A stretch of DNA of 58,994 nt from Candidatus Komeilibacteria bacterium. Its GTDB lineage: Bacteria; Patescibacteriota; Patescibacteriia; UBA1558; UBA10009. Under the pieces are notes generated by a model. It saw only the letters and a program-made list of their open reading frames with translations. It made no database searches and was not told the DNA's origin. This document shows positions 33,206-42,521 of the stretch, one piece after another (the first letter of the stretch is position 1; each line of letters opens with the position of its first letter). Made by a program: the position numbers and the translations under genes. The DNA lies in contig JAUYIT010000017.1 in assembly GCA_030688315.1 (NCBI GenBank), positions 68,845 to 127,838 of the forward strand, in the 5' to 3' direction.

Positions 33206-33341
33206 AGTCGGATTCAATAAAGTTGATAACCGCCAGGGTAATTACCAAAAAACCGATAAACCACCAAATACTGACTTGGTTTTGTAATAAAATCAGCAGC
33301 ACAATAAGAGAAATTATTAAAACAATAATTTTTGCGATCAT
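33204..33341 (-). CDS. candidate 45-aa two-helix membrane peptide
   Basis: ATG...TAA ORF below the track's size cutoff. Encodes MIAKIIVLIISLIVLLILLQNQVSIWWFIGFLVITLAVINFIESD. No SD. Ends at the bidirectional terminator. Confidence 0.3.
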   Translation of the reverse strand: MIAKIIVLIISLIVLLILLQNQVSIWWFIGFLVITLAVINFIESD

Positions 33342-33501
33342 AAAATACGTTGTAGAATTGGTTAGGGGAACGGGTTAGATGCTTTAATTTCAATAGCTTA
33401 GATGTGTCGCAGAATATACCTTTTATGACGCTTAAAACAAACCTTTAATTATATGGGTTATTTAAAGGTTTATATTTCTTGCTTATAATATTTAGCCATA
33501 T

Positions 33502-34359
33502 CTATTTGTAAATAACCTGATTTTCTATCCTTAAGTTGATATAGTTGATGTTATTCAAATCAATCTTGCCGGAGGCCAAAGATTTTTTCAGTTTATTAAT
33601 CTGCGAATCTAAACTGGCCAAATAATTAACATGGAGCTCAAAACCTTTTTTGGTCACGATTTTAACGTAGTTGGCCTGCAAACTATCCACTTTAAAGTAA
33701 TCCAGCTCAATTTGCGGCAGATCGTAATTTTTAAGGTTTAGCCAAACCTCCATAATCAAAGCGAGCTGTTTATCATTAACTCTTGTTTCACCGGTTGTTA
33801 CAAAGGTATTGGACAGGTCATAAATGACCGGCAAGGAGGCCTTAGCGGCCTCTTCAGGCGCGATTGAACCGGAGATCAAACCATCGGCCTCCAAAACAAA
33901 GGTTTGTTCGGAACTAACCCAAAGCAGTCGACCTAAACGTTCTTCAACAACAATCTCTAATGACCTGGGAAATTTCTTAGCCACTTTAAAACTGGCCAAG
34001 GCATTGGTTTGATTAAGTTCTTCCTCCAGCTGGCTGATTTTGATAGTAAAGTAATTTTGAGCGCTAAACGGCCAGGAACGATTGTTGGACATAATCTCAT
34101 AGGCCTTGGCCGTTGTCTCCTCGGTCTTAAAACCCTCAATTTGACCGTTAAAATTGATTTGGCTGATTTTAAAATAATCAGAATAAAAAAATAAATAAAA
34201 AATATAGCCGACGGCTAACAGCGCCAGAATTAAAAAAACTTTGCGCCTCATTTTTATGGCGTCTTCGCGGGTGTATTCGTGAATCTTTTTACTGCGCGGC
34301 CGCCCAAAATCACGCTGACGCCGTTGGCCTCTGGACGACCACCTGGAGTTTCTGATCAT
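33502..34359 (-). CDS. ftsQ: FtsQ/DivIB-like cell division protein
   Basis: Basic N-terminus, a single TM (VFLILALLAVGYIFYLFFY), then YFKISQINFNGQ..., the typical POTRA-domain opening. Confidence 0.6.
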   Translation of the reverse strand: MIRNSRWSSRGQRRQRDFGRPRSKKIHEYTREDAIKMRRKVFLILALLAVGYIFYLFFYSDYFKISQINFNGQIEGFKTEETTAKAYEIMSNNRSWPFSAQNYFTIKISQLEEELNQTNALASFKVAKKFPRSLEIVVEERLGRLLWVSSEQTFVLEADGLISGSIAPEEAAKASLPVIYDLSNTFVTTGETRVNDKQLALIMEVWLNLKNYDLPQIELDYFKVDSLQANYVKIVTKKGFELHVNYLASLDSQINKLKKSLASGKIDLNNINYINLRIENQVIYK

Positions 34360-34421
34360 ACAAGCTGTATTATTCCCTCTTCTACGGCAAGTTGACTATT
34401 TAAGTGTCGTAAAATATAAGG

Positions 34422-35474
34422 TTAGCTTTTTGGTTTAATGTAATAATAACCGCGTTTGATTCTTCTGAATGTTTCTACCAACCAATTTAAATAATATTTT
34501 TTGGTTAATGGATAATCATAGGCGTGCAGTAAATCCCTGACTTCTCCGCCAAAGCCCTGTTTAAACAAACTGACGCCGGCCAAAGGATGCTTTGGATTGC
34601 TATCAGGGCTGATACCCCAAAAATTATATGAAGTACAGTCCTTATTTTTGGCCTCAATTATGGACTGCCACTGCAGTAAGTAAGCCGGTGAAAACTTAGA
34701 ATGCTTGGTATCGGCCACGGCTAAATAATAGGCCGCGGTTTGGCCGTAATAAATAATTACTGAGGCGGCATCAATTTGATTTTCGTAAAGCGCGAATTTT
34801 AAGCTGATTTGATCGGCCGGAAATGATTTAAACAGCTGGGCAATAAACTTTTGACTAAAGGGTTCGTAGCCGGTTTTTTGTGAATGCCTTAAATGCAGCT
34901 GACAGAATTTTTGAATATCTTCTTGGCTTGAAGCTGATTGAATTAGCACACCTTCTTTTTCGGCCCGCTTAATAAGATAGCGGGTAGTTTTTCTCATTTG
35001 ACTAAACAACTCTTTCTCGGATCGGTTTAAATCCAACACCCAGGTGGTTTCGGTATGTTGGTGCATGGGCGCGAAAATAAAGCCCTGATCTTTAAGAAGT
35101 TTTACTGACTCTAAGGTGTTTGGTAAAACCGAAGCCAAGCGGATAAAATCAGCTGACTCTGTTTTTCCTAGATCCTTTAAGTATTTTGACCAGTTATTAA
35201 AGAGGGTTTCGGGTTTAATCCCCCGTTTAAATAATGGACCGTGCGGACACAGTAAATAAGTTCCCCGCCTCGCTTTTATTTTTATCAGTAAAGCGACTGA
35301 CTGCAATTGATCATTTTTAAACAAACCGACTCTGAATATTTTTTCGCCCAAACCATCTTGCAAGCTCCCCCATTCCCAACTGTGCAAAAAAGTAAAAAAT
35401 TCCGTGGCACAAACAAAATCCTGCCAGATTTTTTGATCTGTTATAAAAGAAAATTTTATTGAAGTTTCCGCCAT
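34422..35474 (-). CDS. FemAB-family peptidoglycan aminoacyltransferase (FemX-like)
   Basis: Size and N-terminus (W..F......FLHSWEWG) plus the C-terminal GISPD...G...FK.GFGG pattern are typical of FemABX tRNA-dependent transferases. Confidence 0.7.
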   Translation of the reverse strand: MAETSIKFSFITDQKIWQDFVCATEFFTFLHSWEWGSLQDGLGEKIFRVGLFKNDQLQSVALLIKIKARRGTYLLCPHGPLFKRGIKPETLFNNWSKYLKDLGKTESADFIRLASVLPNTLESVKLLKDQGFIFAPMHQHTETTWVLDLNRSEKELFSQMRKTTRYLIKRAEKEGVLIQSASSQEDIQKFCQLHLRHSQKTGYEPFSQKFIAQLFKSFPADQISLKFALYENQIDAASVIIYYGQTAAYYLAVADTKHSKFSPAYLLQWQSIIEAKNKDCTSYNFWGISPDSNPKHPLAGVSLFKQGFGGEVRDLLHAYDYPLTKKYYLNWLVETFRRIKRGYYYIKPKS

Positions 35475-36703
35475 TGTTGAATTAGTTTAATGACTTTGGC
35501 CGCGTCCGCCAAAGTTATATTTAAATGATTGGGCAAATTAAGAGTTTGGTCGGCCGCCAATTCCGAATTAGGACAACTGCCGTTAACGTATTGGCAGGCG
35601 CTTAAACTGGCTTTTTTAGGCGCGACAGTTTGATCATACCAATTGCCAAAAATAATGCCGTGCTTTTTTAAAAAGTCATCAAGTGATTTTTTGTTTGCCG
35701 TCAACGCTACGCAACGCAGATAAATATTTTCATTAACGTTATTATTTGACTGAATGACTTTAAAGCCGTCACTGTTTAATTTTTGCTGATACAATAACGC
35801 CAATTTCTGGCGATGCGCGTTAACTTTTTCCAGTTCAGGCAATTCCTTTAAAATTAACAACGCCAAACAGTTAGGCAAATTGTAATTAAGAATTGACGCA
35901 TCTAAACACTGATTTTCAGCGGAAGAAGTTATTTCGGGAATCAGTTTTAATTTTTTAGACAGCGCAATAAGGGCTTTACCAAGGGATAAAAAATAATAGG
36001 TATGAAAACTTTTGAGCGCGATTATAGGATAACGCAAATTTTGTAAAATAACCCAAAATTTGGGCAGAGGCAGGCCTTTGGGTAACTTATTAAAAACCTC
36101 GGGGCTATTTGTAACCAATAATCCCCCGTTAACACCGGAAATAACCTTATCGCGGCCAAAACTGAAAACCGAAAATTCGCCGAAAGTTCCGACCGGCTGG
36201 CCCTGATATTTGGCACCTAAACTATGAGCGCAGTCCTCTACCAGTTTTAGGCCATGCTGGTCGGCAATCGCCTTAATTGCCCTGATATCGGCTGGCAGGC
36301 CAAAATTATGCTGAACTATGATGGCCTTGGTTTTAGAGGTAATCAAAGATTCTAATTTAGACGGGTCAAGATTGAGGTCTGTTAAACTGATGTCTGCGTA
36401 AACCGGTTTGGCCTTGACCGCAATAATGGCGTTAGCCACCGAAACGCAAGTGTAGGCCTGAATAATCACTTCATCGTCGGAGGTAATGCCGATGGCTTTT
36501 AAACCATGGTATAAGGCGCCGCGGGCGTTATAAAAGGTCTGGGCGTATTTTACCCCGAGCATTTTTTTAAAAAAATTTTCCAGTTCTGCCACCGCGGCGC
36601 CGCGTTTGATTTTACCCCAATTCCAGGGCAACATAAAACCTAACGCCGCGCGCGCTTGCCTGCCGGAAATAGTGGTAAAAAATGAAGCGGATATTAACTT
36701 CAT
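35456..36703 (-). CDS. DegT/DnrJ/EryC1/StrS-family PLP-dependent aminotransferase
   Basis: ELENFF..MLGVKYA, VEDCAHSLGAKYQG.PVGTFGEFSVFSFGRDKVISG (Schiff-base Lys context). Confidence 0.8.
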   Translation of the reverse strand: MKLISASFFTTISGRQARAALGFMLPWNWGKIKRGAAVAELENFFKKMLGVKYAQTFYNARGALYHGLKAIGITSDDEVIIQAYTCVSVANAIIAVKAKPVYADISLTDLNLDPSKLESLITSKTKAIIVQHNFGLPADIRAIKAIADQHGLKLVEDCAHSLGAKYQGQPVGTFGEFSVFSFGRDKVISGVNGGLLVTNSPEVFNKLPKGLPLPKFWVILQNLRYPIIALKSFHTYYFLSLGKALIALSKKLKLIPEITSSAENQCLDASILNYNLPNCLALLILKELPELEKVNAHRQKLALLYQQKLNSDGFKVIQSNNNVNENIYLRCVALTANKKSLDDFLKKHGIIFGNWYDQTVAPKKASLSACQYVNGSCPNSELAADQTLNLPNHLNITLADAAKVIKLIQQWRKLQ

Positions 36704-38367
36704 GGTTTATAATTCAACAGTTGCTTTAAATATATTTCAGAACGGCGGCCTTCAAATAAGACAACCATTTCCCGGTCAATAACTTTTTTTAAATAATCAA
36801 TCGCCTCTCCCCCGCCCGTGCCGGTCAAAATAATTTTATCCGCCGGAATACGACTGGCAACTAATTTATTATTGACAAACTTGGAAAAATTCTTGCCGCA
36901 TAAAATCACTTTATCCAGATTATCAATCTGCGCTAATGCCTTAACGATTTTTAAATGGACCGCTTCCTGATCAACGCCTAGCTCCAGGATATCGTCCAAA
37001 ATAACGATTTTAGGCGCTTTAAATTGGTCTAAGGTTGCTAAGGCGGCCAGCACGCCGCTGGGATTGGCATTATAACTGTCATCAATCAAAGTCAGTTTGC
37101 CCCGCTCAATAACATTCATGGTCCGTTCAACCGGTTCCAGGTTTTGAATACCCCGAGCTAACTCCTCAAGTTTTAAACCGCAAGCCAAGCCGACGCCTAT
37201 TGCCGCCAAAATATTTAAAATATTGTGTTTGCCGATCAATTTAGTCCGGCAATTAACTTCTTGCCCTGCGTAAACAAGTTTAAAATTCTGCCAGCTGTTT
37301 TGTTGGACAATGCTTTTGGCCGACAAATCGGTTTGGCCATTGTTTATTCCGTAAGTCAGAACTTTTCTGTCTGCCGGTAATTTAATATTCCTGATCAGGT
37401 TATTATCATAATTTAAAATCAGCCAGGCGCCAGTGCGCGAAAAATTGATTATTTCCGATTTGGCCTTAACAATATTTTCCTGACTCCCGAATAAGGCGCT
37501 GTGCTGTTGATCCAATCCGGTCATTACCGCCACATCGGGTGGGCAAATTTGGCAGATTTTTTTTATTTCTCCGATTTTGTAAGCGGCCATTTCCGCGATA
37601 AATATTTCCTCCTTAGAAAAATCATGGTTTAAAATGGTTTGCGCCACGCCCATTTCACTGTTGTTATTTTTGGCTGTTTTGACCGTTTTTAGACTGGTCT
37701 TAATAAGCTGATAGGCAAACTCCTTCACGCTGGTTTTGCCATAACTGCCGGTAATGCCGACTATTTTTAAACCGGTCAATGATGCTATTTTACGCTTGGC
37801 GCTGGCAATCGCTTGGCGTTTTAAAAAATAAGACAAGGGGTAAATTATCAAAACAACTAGACCGATAATCAGCACTGACAGCATATTAATGGCCAGACCC
37901 GCCTTTAAGGAAGAATTAAGGATAGCAGCGGAAAAAACAAAGTAAAACACCAACGTTGAAATAGTCCAAGATAAGGCCAAAATCAAGGAAGCTTTTCCGG
38001 TAAAGTTTGGCTTAAAAAAAGAACGCCTGATTAATGAAACCAAAAACCAACTCAACTCCACGGCAAAAATAACACTGACGAATTTAAGAGCTGTCAATGA
38101 ACCTACGCTAAAAACGTACAATGAACCGAAGGCGTTAAACTGCCACTGCCAGGCCGCGGCGGCCAGCCAATCAAATAAAAACAAACTAGCCAGCGCCAGC
38201 GTTTCAAAAACAAAACTCCGGTTAAACAGCGCGGCGCGACCTTCCGGAGTTTTTATAAAATACCAAAAACGGTCCAACCGGTATTCCTTTAACTGCCACA
38301 AAGCGGTCCAAGACAACAGATTCTTAAAAATCACCGCGGCAAATAAAATAAAAAATAAAATTTCCAT
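36700..38367 (-). CDS. murF: UDP-MurNAc-tripeptide--D-Ala-D-Ala ligase MurF with an N-terminal polytopic membrane domain
   Basis: GITGSYGKTSVKEF P-loop, IAEMAAY, HNILNILAA and DDSYNANPSG (MurF signature), preceded by about 190 aa containing roughly 5 hydrophobic helices. Confidence 0.85.
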   Translation of the reverse strand: MEILFFILFAAVIFKNLLSWTALWQLKEYRLDRFWYFIKTPEGRAALFNRSFVFETLALASLFLFDWLAAAAWQWQFNAFGSLYVFSVGSLTALKFVSVIFAVELSWFLVSLIRRSFFKPNFTGKASLILALSWTISTLVFYFVFSAAILNSSLKAGLAINMLSVLIIGLVVLIIYPLSYFLKRQAIASAKRKIASLTGLKIVGITGSYGKTSVKEFAYQLIKTSLKTVKTAKNNNSEMGVAQTILNHDFSKEEIFIAEMAAYKIGEIKKICQICPPDVAVMTGLDQQHSALFGSQENIVKAKSEIINFSRTGAWLILNYDNNLIRNIKLPADRKVLTYGINNGQTDLSAKSIVQQNSWQNFKLVYAGQEVNCRTKLIGKHNILNILAAIGVGLACGLKLEELARGIQNLEPVERTMNVIERGKLTLIDDSYNANPSGVLAALATLDQFKAPKIVILDDILELGVDQEAVHLKIVKALAQIDNLDKVILCGKNFSKFVNNKLVASRIPADKIILTGTGGGEAIDYLKKVIDREMVVLFEGRRSEIYLKQLLNYKP

Positions 38368-38371
38368 GGCT

Positions 38372-39157
38372 TTACTTTAACTGATCCAAAATTATCTTTT
38401 TAAGCTCCAGTGGTTTTTGCCAGTGCAAACCGTGACGAGCATCTTCAAAAACAAAAGTTTGAGCTTGCGGCAGAATTTTTTTAATTTGTAAAAAGTTTTT
38501 GTACGGCGTGTATTTATCCTGTTTGCCCCAGATGATAAAAATCGGCAGTTTAAGGCCTAGTAATAAGCCCGTCAGGTCGTCGGCCAGTACGTTCTTCATG
38601 GTTTGCCTCATTGCCGGATCCGTTAAATTGCCGTAATCCGCGCCGCCAATCAGCCGGTAAACAAACCGCCGCAAGCGCGCGCCTTTGCCGAACATCAAAA
38701 TTCTGATAACTTTGGCAAATGCTCCGATAATAATTTTATAAAAACTTTTTTTGGGCCTGATAATTGCCGGGCCGGATAAAAATAGTTTAGCCACCCGTTT
38801 GGGGTGGTCATGGGTAAATCTGACGGCGATTTGGCCGCCAAAGGAATGGCCGAACAACCAGATTTTATCCAAGCCGAGTTGATCCAAAAAACCGCCGAGT
38901 AAATTGGAATAATCCTTGACTGTCCAGGCCGCCGGCGGTGTTTGGCTTTGGCCAAAGCCCGGTAAGTCAAAGGCCAGCACTCTAATATTTTCCTTCTCAA
39001 AACTGGTTAAAAAATCTTTCCAGGATTCCAAACTACCGCCCCAGCCGTGCAAAAAAATAATGGACCGCGTCGCGTCCTTGCTTGCCCCGCCGGATGGAGG
39101 GTTTATTTCCAAATAACGAATCAACAGGCCATTAATCAAAATTTTGTTGAACTCCAT
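38372..39157 (-). CDS. alpha/beta-fold hydrolase
   Basis: FLHGWGGS oxyanion region, GHSFGG nucleophile elbow, C-terminal ARHGLHW His. Confidence 0.8.
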   Translation of the reverse strand: MEFNKILINGLLIRYLEINPPSGGASKDATRSIIFLHGWGGSLESWKDFLTSFEKENIRVLAFDLPGFGQSQTPPAAWTVKDYSNLLGGFLDQLGLDKIWLFGHSFGGQIAVRFTHDHPKRVAKLFLSGPAIIRPKKSFYKIIIGAFAKVIRILMFGKGARLRRFVYRLIGGADYGNLTDPAMRQTMKNVLADDLTGLLLGLKLPIFIIWGKQDKYTPYKNFLQIKKILPQAQTFVFEDARHGLHWQKPLELKKIILDQLK

Positions 39158-39163
39158 GGTAGT

Positions 39164-40408
39164 TTAAGCAACTGAAATAACTTTTTTACCCAGATATTTT
39201 TGCAAAACCTTAGGCACTTTAACCGAGCCGTCGGCCTGCTGATTCTGCTCCAAAATAGCCGGCAGTAAACGACTGGTGGCCAAGCCGGAACCATTAAGAG
39301 TATGAACGAATTCATTTTTCCCGGCCTCGGTTTTATAGCGGATATTGCCACGCCGGGCCTGATAATCGGTGGCATTGGAAACACTGGAAACTTCCTTATA
39401 AATATTCATGCTCGGTAGCCAAACCTCAATATCTACCGTTTTAGCGGCGGAAGCGGACGCGTCCTGAGCCGCCAACTGCACCGTTTGGAAATTTAAATCA
39501 AGCCCTGCCATAAGCTTAACAGCGTTATCCAGTAACTCATCAAAGCAACGCCAGGAATCTTCCGGTTTGGAGAAATGAAACATTTCTATTTTGTTAAACT
39601 GATGACCGCGCACCATGCCTCTTTCTTCGGCGCGATACGAACCCGCTTCGCGCCTAAAACAACTGGAATAAGAATAATATTTTAAAGGCAAATCTTTATC
39701 TGACAAAATTTCATCGCTCTTAAAATTTAAAATACTCATTTCGGAAGTAGCGCTTAAACACAAACGATCCTGGTTCCAATACAAATCCTCTTTAAATTTT
39801 GGCAGGTGGCCTGAAGTATAGGCCGATTGTTCGGTTAACAAATAAGGCAAAAGCAGGAATTCGTATTTGTTCTGGCGATGGAAATCAATAAAATAATTTA
39901 ACAGCGCCCATTCCAGTAACGCTCCATCGCCGGTATAAGCCCAAAAACCCGAGCCGGACATTTTAACGGCTCGTTCATAATCGATTAACCCGAGTGACGT
40001 CGCTAATTCCACGTGGTCTTTGGTTTTAAATTTGAACTCGGGCTGTTTGCCAAAAACCTTAAGCACCTGATTGTTTTCCTTGTTGCCAGCAACCACGCCG
40101 TCCGCCGGCAAATTAGGCAAGGCGGAAAGTTTTTCCTGAAGTTCCAAGTTTATTTTATCCAGCTGTTCATCCAAATCCTTTATTTGCTGACCGACTTTTT
40201 TCATGCTGGCGATAATTTCGGGCGTAGGTTTGGTTTTAGAAACCTGATTTCGTTGCGACTTTAAATCATCACTGGTTTTAATCAATTCCCGCCTTTGTTC
40301 ATCCAAATCAACGATTTGGTCAAGATTAAAATCACCTTTATCCAAACGCTTTAACAAGGCCGTTTCAACTTCTTTTTTATTATCCCTGATTTTATTGATG
40401 TCCAGCAT
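39164..40408 (-). CDS. serS: serine--tRNA ligase
   Basis: N-terminal coiled-coil arm (MLDINKIRDN...). Class II motifs FRREAGS...RGMVRGHQFNKIEMF and TLNGSGLATSR. Confidence 0.95.
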   Translation of the reverse strand: MLDINKIRDNKKEVETALLKRLDKGDFNLDQIVDLDEQRRELIKTSDDLKSQRNQVSKTKPTPEIIASMKKVGQQIKDLDEQLDKINLELQEKLSALPNLPADGVVAGNKENNQVLKVFGKQPEFKFKTKDHVELATSLGLIDYERAVKMSGSGFWAYTGDGALLEWALLNYFIDFHRQNKYEFLLLPYLLTEQSAYTSGHLPKFKEDLYWNQDRLCLSATSEMSILNFKSDEILSDKDLPLKYYSYSSCFRREAGSYRAEERGMVRGHQFNKIEMFHFSKPEDSWRCFDELLDNAVKLMAGLDLNFQTVQLAAQDASASAAKTVDIEVWLPSMNIYKEVSSVSNATDYQARRGNIRYKTEAGKNEFVHTLNGSGLATSRLLPAILEQNQQADGSVKVPKVLQKYLGKKVISVA

Positions 40409-40409
40409 A

Positions 40410-40988
40410 TTATAAATACTTAATTAATTCCTGAATATTTTTTAAGCGATGCTGATTTTCTTGTTCCACTAATGTTAAATCATTAAAATCAGCCCCTAGC
40501 TTTGAAATAAAATGGGAACGATAAGGGAATCCGGCTGGATAATCTTTTCTCAATTTTTCCGTTAAATATCCCTCTTCAGCATTTCTGGTTAAGTATATTT
40601 CTGACTTTGATTTGACCAAGCAGCTAACGGCCACAAAACGAGCAGAGCGTTGATTCGGTGGAATTAAAGGGATGACCTTATTTAGATGTTGGACAATCTC
40701 TTCATCAGTACAAACATGGCCCAGCCAACGGCGTGACTTGACGCCTGGCTCACCTTTTAAATAATCAATTTCAAATCCGCCGTCATCAGCTAATGTGGGA
40801 ATTTTGGCAAAATGATAGTAAAACAGGGCTTTAGCTCTGGCATTTTCTTCAAAAGTCGTGCCAATCTCCTGATAGTCGTCATTAATTCCTAAATCGTCCA
40901 AACTGCAAACATCTATGCCATATGTTTTAAAAGCGCTAGTATAAACTTTAATCTTGCCCGGATTATGGGTGGCTAAAAGGACTCGCAT
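40410..40988 (-). CDS. rdgB: RdgB/HAM1-family non-canonical purine NTP pyrophosphatase
   Basis: LATHNPGKIKV..., TFEENARAKA, ADDGGFEIDYLKGEPGVKSRRW. Confidence 0.85.
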   Translation of the reverse strand: MRVLLATHNPGKIKVYTSAFKTYGIDVCSLDDLGINDDYQEIGTTFEENARAKALFYYHFAKIPTLADDGGFEIDYLKGEPGVKSRRWLGHVCTDEEIVQHLNKVIPLIPPNQRSARFVAVSCLVKSKSEIYLTRNAEEGYLTEKLRKDYPAGFPYRSHFISKLGADFNDLTLVEQENQHRLKNIQELIKYL

Positions 40989-40989
40989 T

Positions 40990-42498
40990 TTATTTATTAT
41001 CTTCCGGTTTCAGAATCGGGAATAAAATCACTTCTTTGATGTTGTGCGTGTTAGTTAAAACATTGCACAACCGGTCAATGCCCATACCCAAACCTGCCGT
41101 AGGCGGCATGCCATATTTTAGGGCGTTAACAAAATCATCGTCATTACCCATCGCTTCCTCATCCCCTCTTTCTGCCAATTCCGACTGGAATTTAAAGCGT
41201 TCTTCCTGATCAAGAGGATCGTTAAGTTCCGAAAAAGCGTTCATCAACTCAATCCGACCGCCGATAATCAGTTGAAATCTTTCCACGTAATTCGGTCGAT
41301 CGTCAATTTTTTTAGCCAGCGGCGAAAGCTCAATCGGATGATTGATAATATAAGTAGGGTTGATTAACTTTGGACGCACGAATTTTTTATACAATTCATC
41401 CGCCAACTTGCCTTTGCCCCAGGTTGATTCCACTTTAAGACCTTTCTTTTTAGCTTCTTTAGCTAAAGAGTCGGCGTCAAATTTATCCAGGTCAATACCG
41501 GCTTCCTCAAGCAGAGCCTCTCTAAAATCAACCCTAGGATAAGGTCCGGCAAAGTTTATTTTATTGCCGTCATAATCCACTGTCAGTTCGCCACAAACTT
41601 GTTTAACCAAAGCGGGTAAAAACTTTTCCATTTCCACCATTAAATCATTGTAATCCTTGTAGGCCCAGTAAAATTCAATTTGAGTAAACTCCGGATTGTG
41701 AGAATAATCAATGCCTTCATTTCTAAAACAGCGGGCGATTTCAAAAACTTTTTCAAAGCCGCCGACTACCAATTTTTTTAAATAAAGTTCCGGCGCCACG
41801 CGCAAAGACATTTCTGTATCCAAGGCGTTATGATGGGTTTTAAAGGGTTTGGCAATCGCGCCCGAAGCCAATAATTGTAAGATAGGCGTATCTACTTCGG
41901 TAAAACCAAGATTGATGAAGTAATTTCTGATAAATTGCACAATCTGACTGCGCTTGTTAAAAATTTGCCTCACTTCCGGATTAGCTAATAAATCCAAATA
42001 GCGCTGGCGGAATCTGGTTTCCACATCGGTTAAACCGTGCCATTTTTCGGGCAACGGCAATAATGATTTAGCCAGCATTTTATAGCCCGAAACCATTAAT
42101 GACTTTTCACCTCGTTTGGTGGTAAAAAGCGTACCGCTGACTTGGATAAAATCACCGATATCAAAGCTGTCGGTAAAAAACACATACTGCTCATCGCCCA
42201 ACACATCCTGCTTTAAATAGGCCTGAAGTTTGCCCGATTCATCCTCCACGTTGATAAAACAGGAACCGCCGTGCAAACGGATTGATCTGATCCGGCCGCA
42301 AATGTTAACAACCTTTTCCGAGGCCGCTAAAGCGTCAAAATCATCAAGTAATCCCTGAACCATATGAGAACGGTCGGACTCTTTGGGATAAGCTTCCACG
42401 CCGGACTGCTGGATTTTTTTCAATCTTAAAAGACGAATTTGATATTCGTCGTTGATCGCCTCTTTGGGCTGATTTTCTGATAAAACTTTTTGCGTCAT
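40990..42498 (-). CDS. lysS: lysine--tRNA ligase (class II)
   Basis: OB-fold N-domain, RQRYLDL, FRNEGID..HNPEFT and GMGIDRL motifs. Confidence 0.95.
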   Translation of the reverse strand: MTQKVLSENQPKEAINDEYQIRLLRLKKIQQSGVEAYPKESDRSHMVQGLLDDFDALAASEKVVNICGRIRSIRLHGGSCFINVEDESGKLQAYLKQDVLGDEQYVFFTDSFDIGDFIQVSGTLFTTKRGEKSLMVSGYKMLAKSLLPLPEKWHGLTDVETRFRQRYLDLLANPEVRQIFNKRSQIVQFIRNYFINLGFTEVDTPILQLLASGAIAKPFKTHHNALDTEMSLRVAPELYLKKLVVGGFEKVFEIARCFRNEGIDYSHNPEFTQIEFYWAYKDYNDLMVEMEKFLPALVKQVCGELTVDYDGNKINFAGPYPRVDFREALLEEAGIDLDKFDADSLAKEAKKKGLKVESTWGKGKLADELYKKFVRPKLINPTYIINHPIELSPLAKKIDDRPNYVERFQLIIGGRIELMNAFSELNDPLDQEERFKFQSELAERGDEEAMGNDDDFVNALKYGMPPTAGLGMGIDRLCNVLTNTHNIKEVILFPILKPEDNK

Positions 42499-42521
42499 AG
42501 TGTTGAAATTATACGATAAAT

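Noticed and set aside
33342-33501. Searched the longer intergenic regions (9200-9348, 24729-24865, 29512-29689, 31676-31878, 33342-33501, 57177-57355) for tRNA, tmRNA, RNase P, SRP or riboswitch-like sequences.
   Set aside because: All are under 180 nt and AT-rich. They lack tRNA-like GTTCRANYC T-loops, acceptor-stem complementarity or recognisable riboswitch cores. Only simple hairpins and promoter-like boxes were seen.
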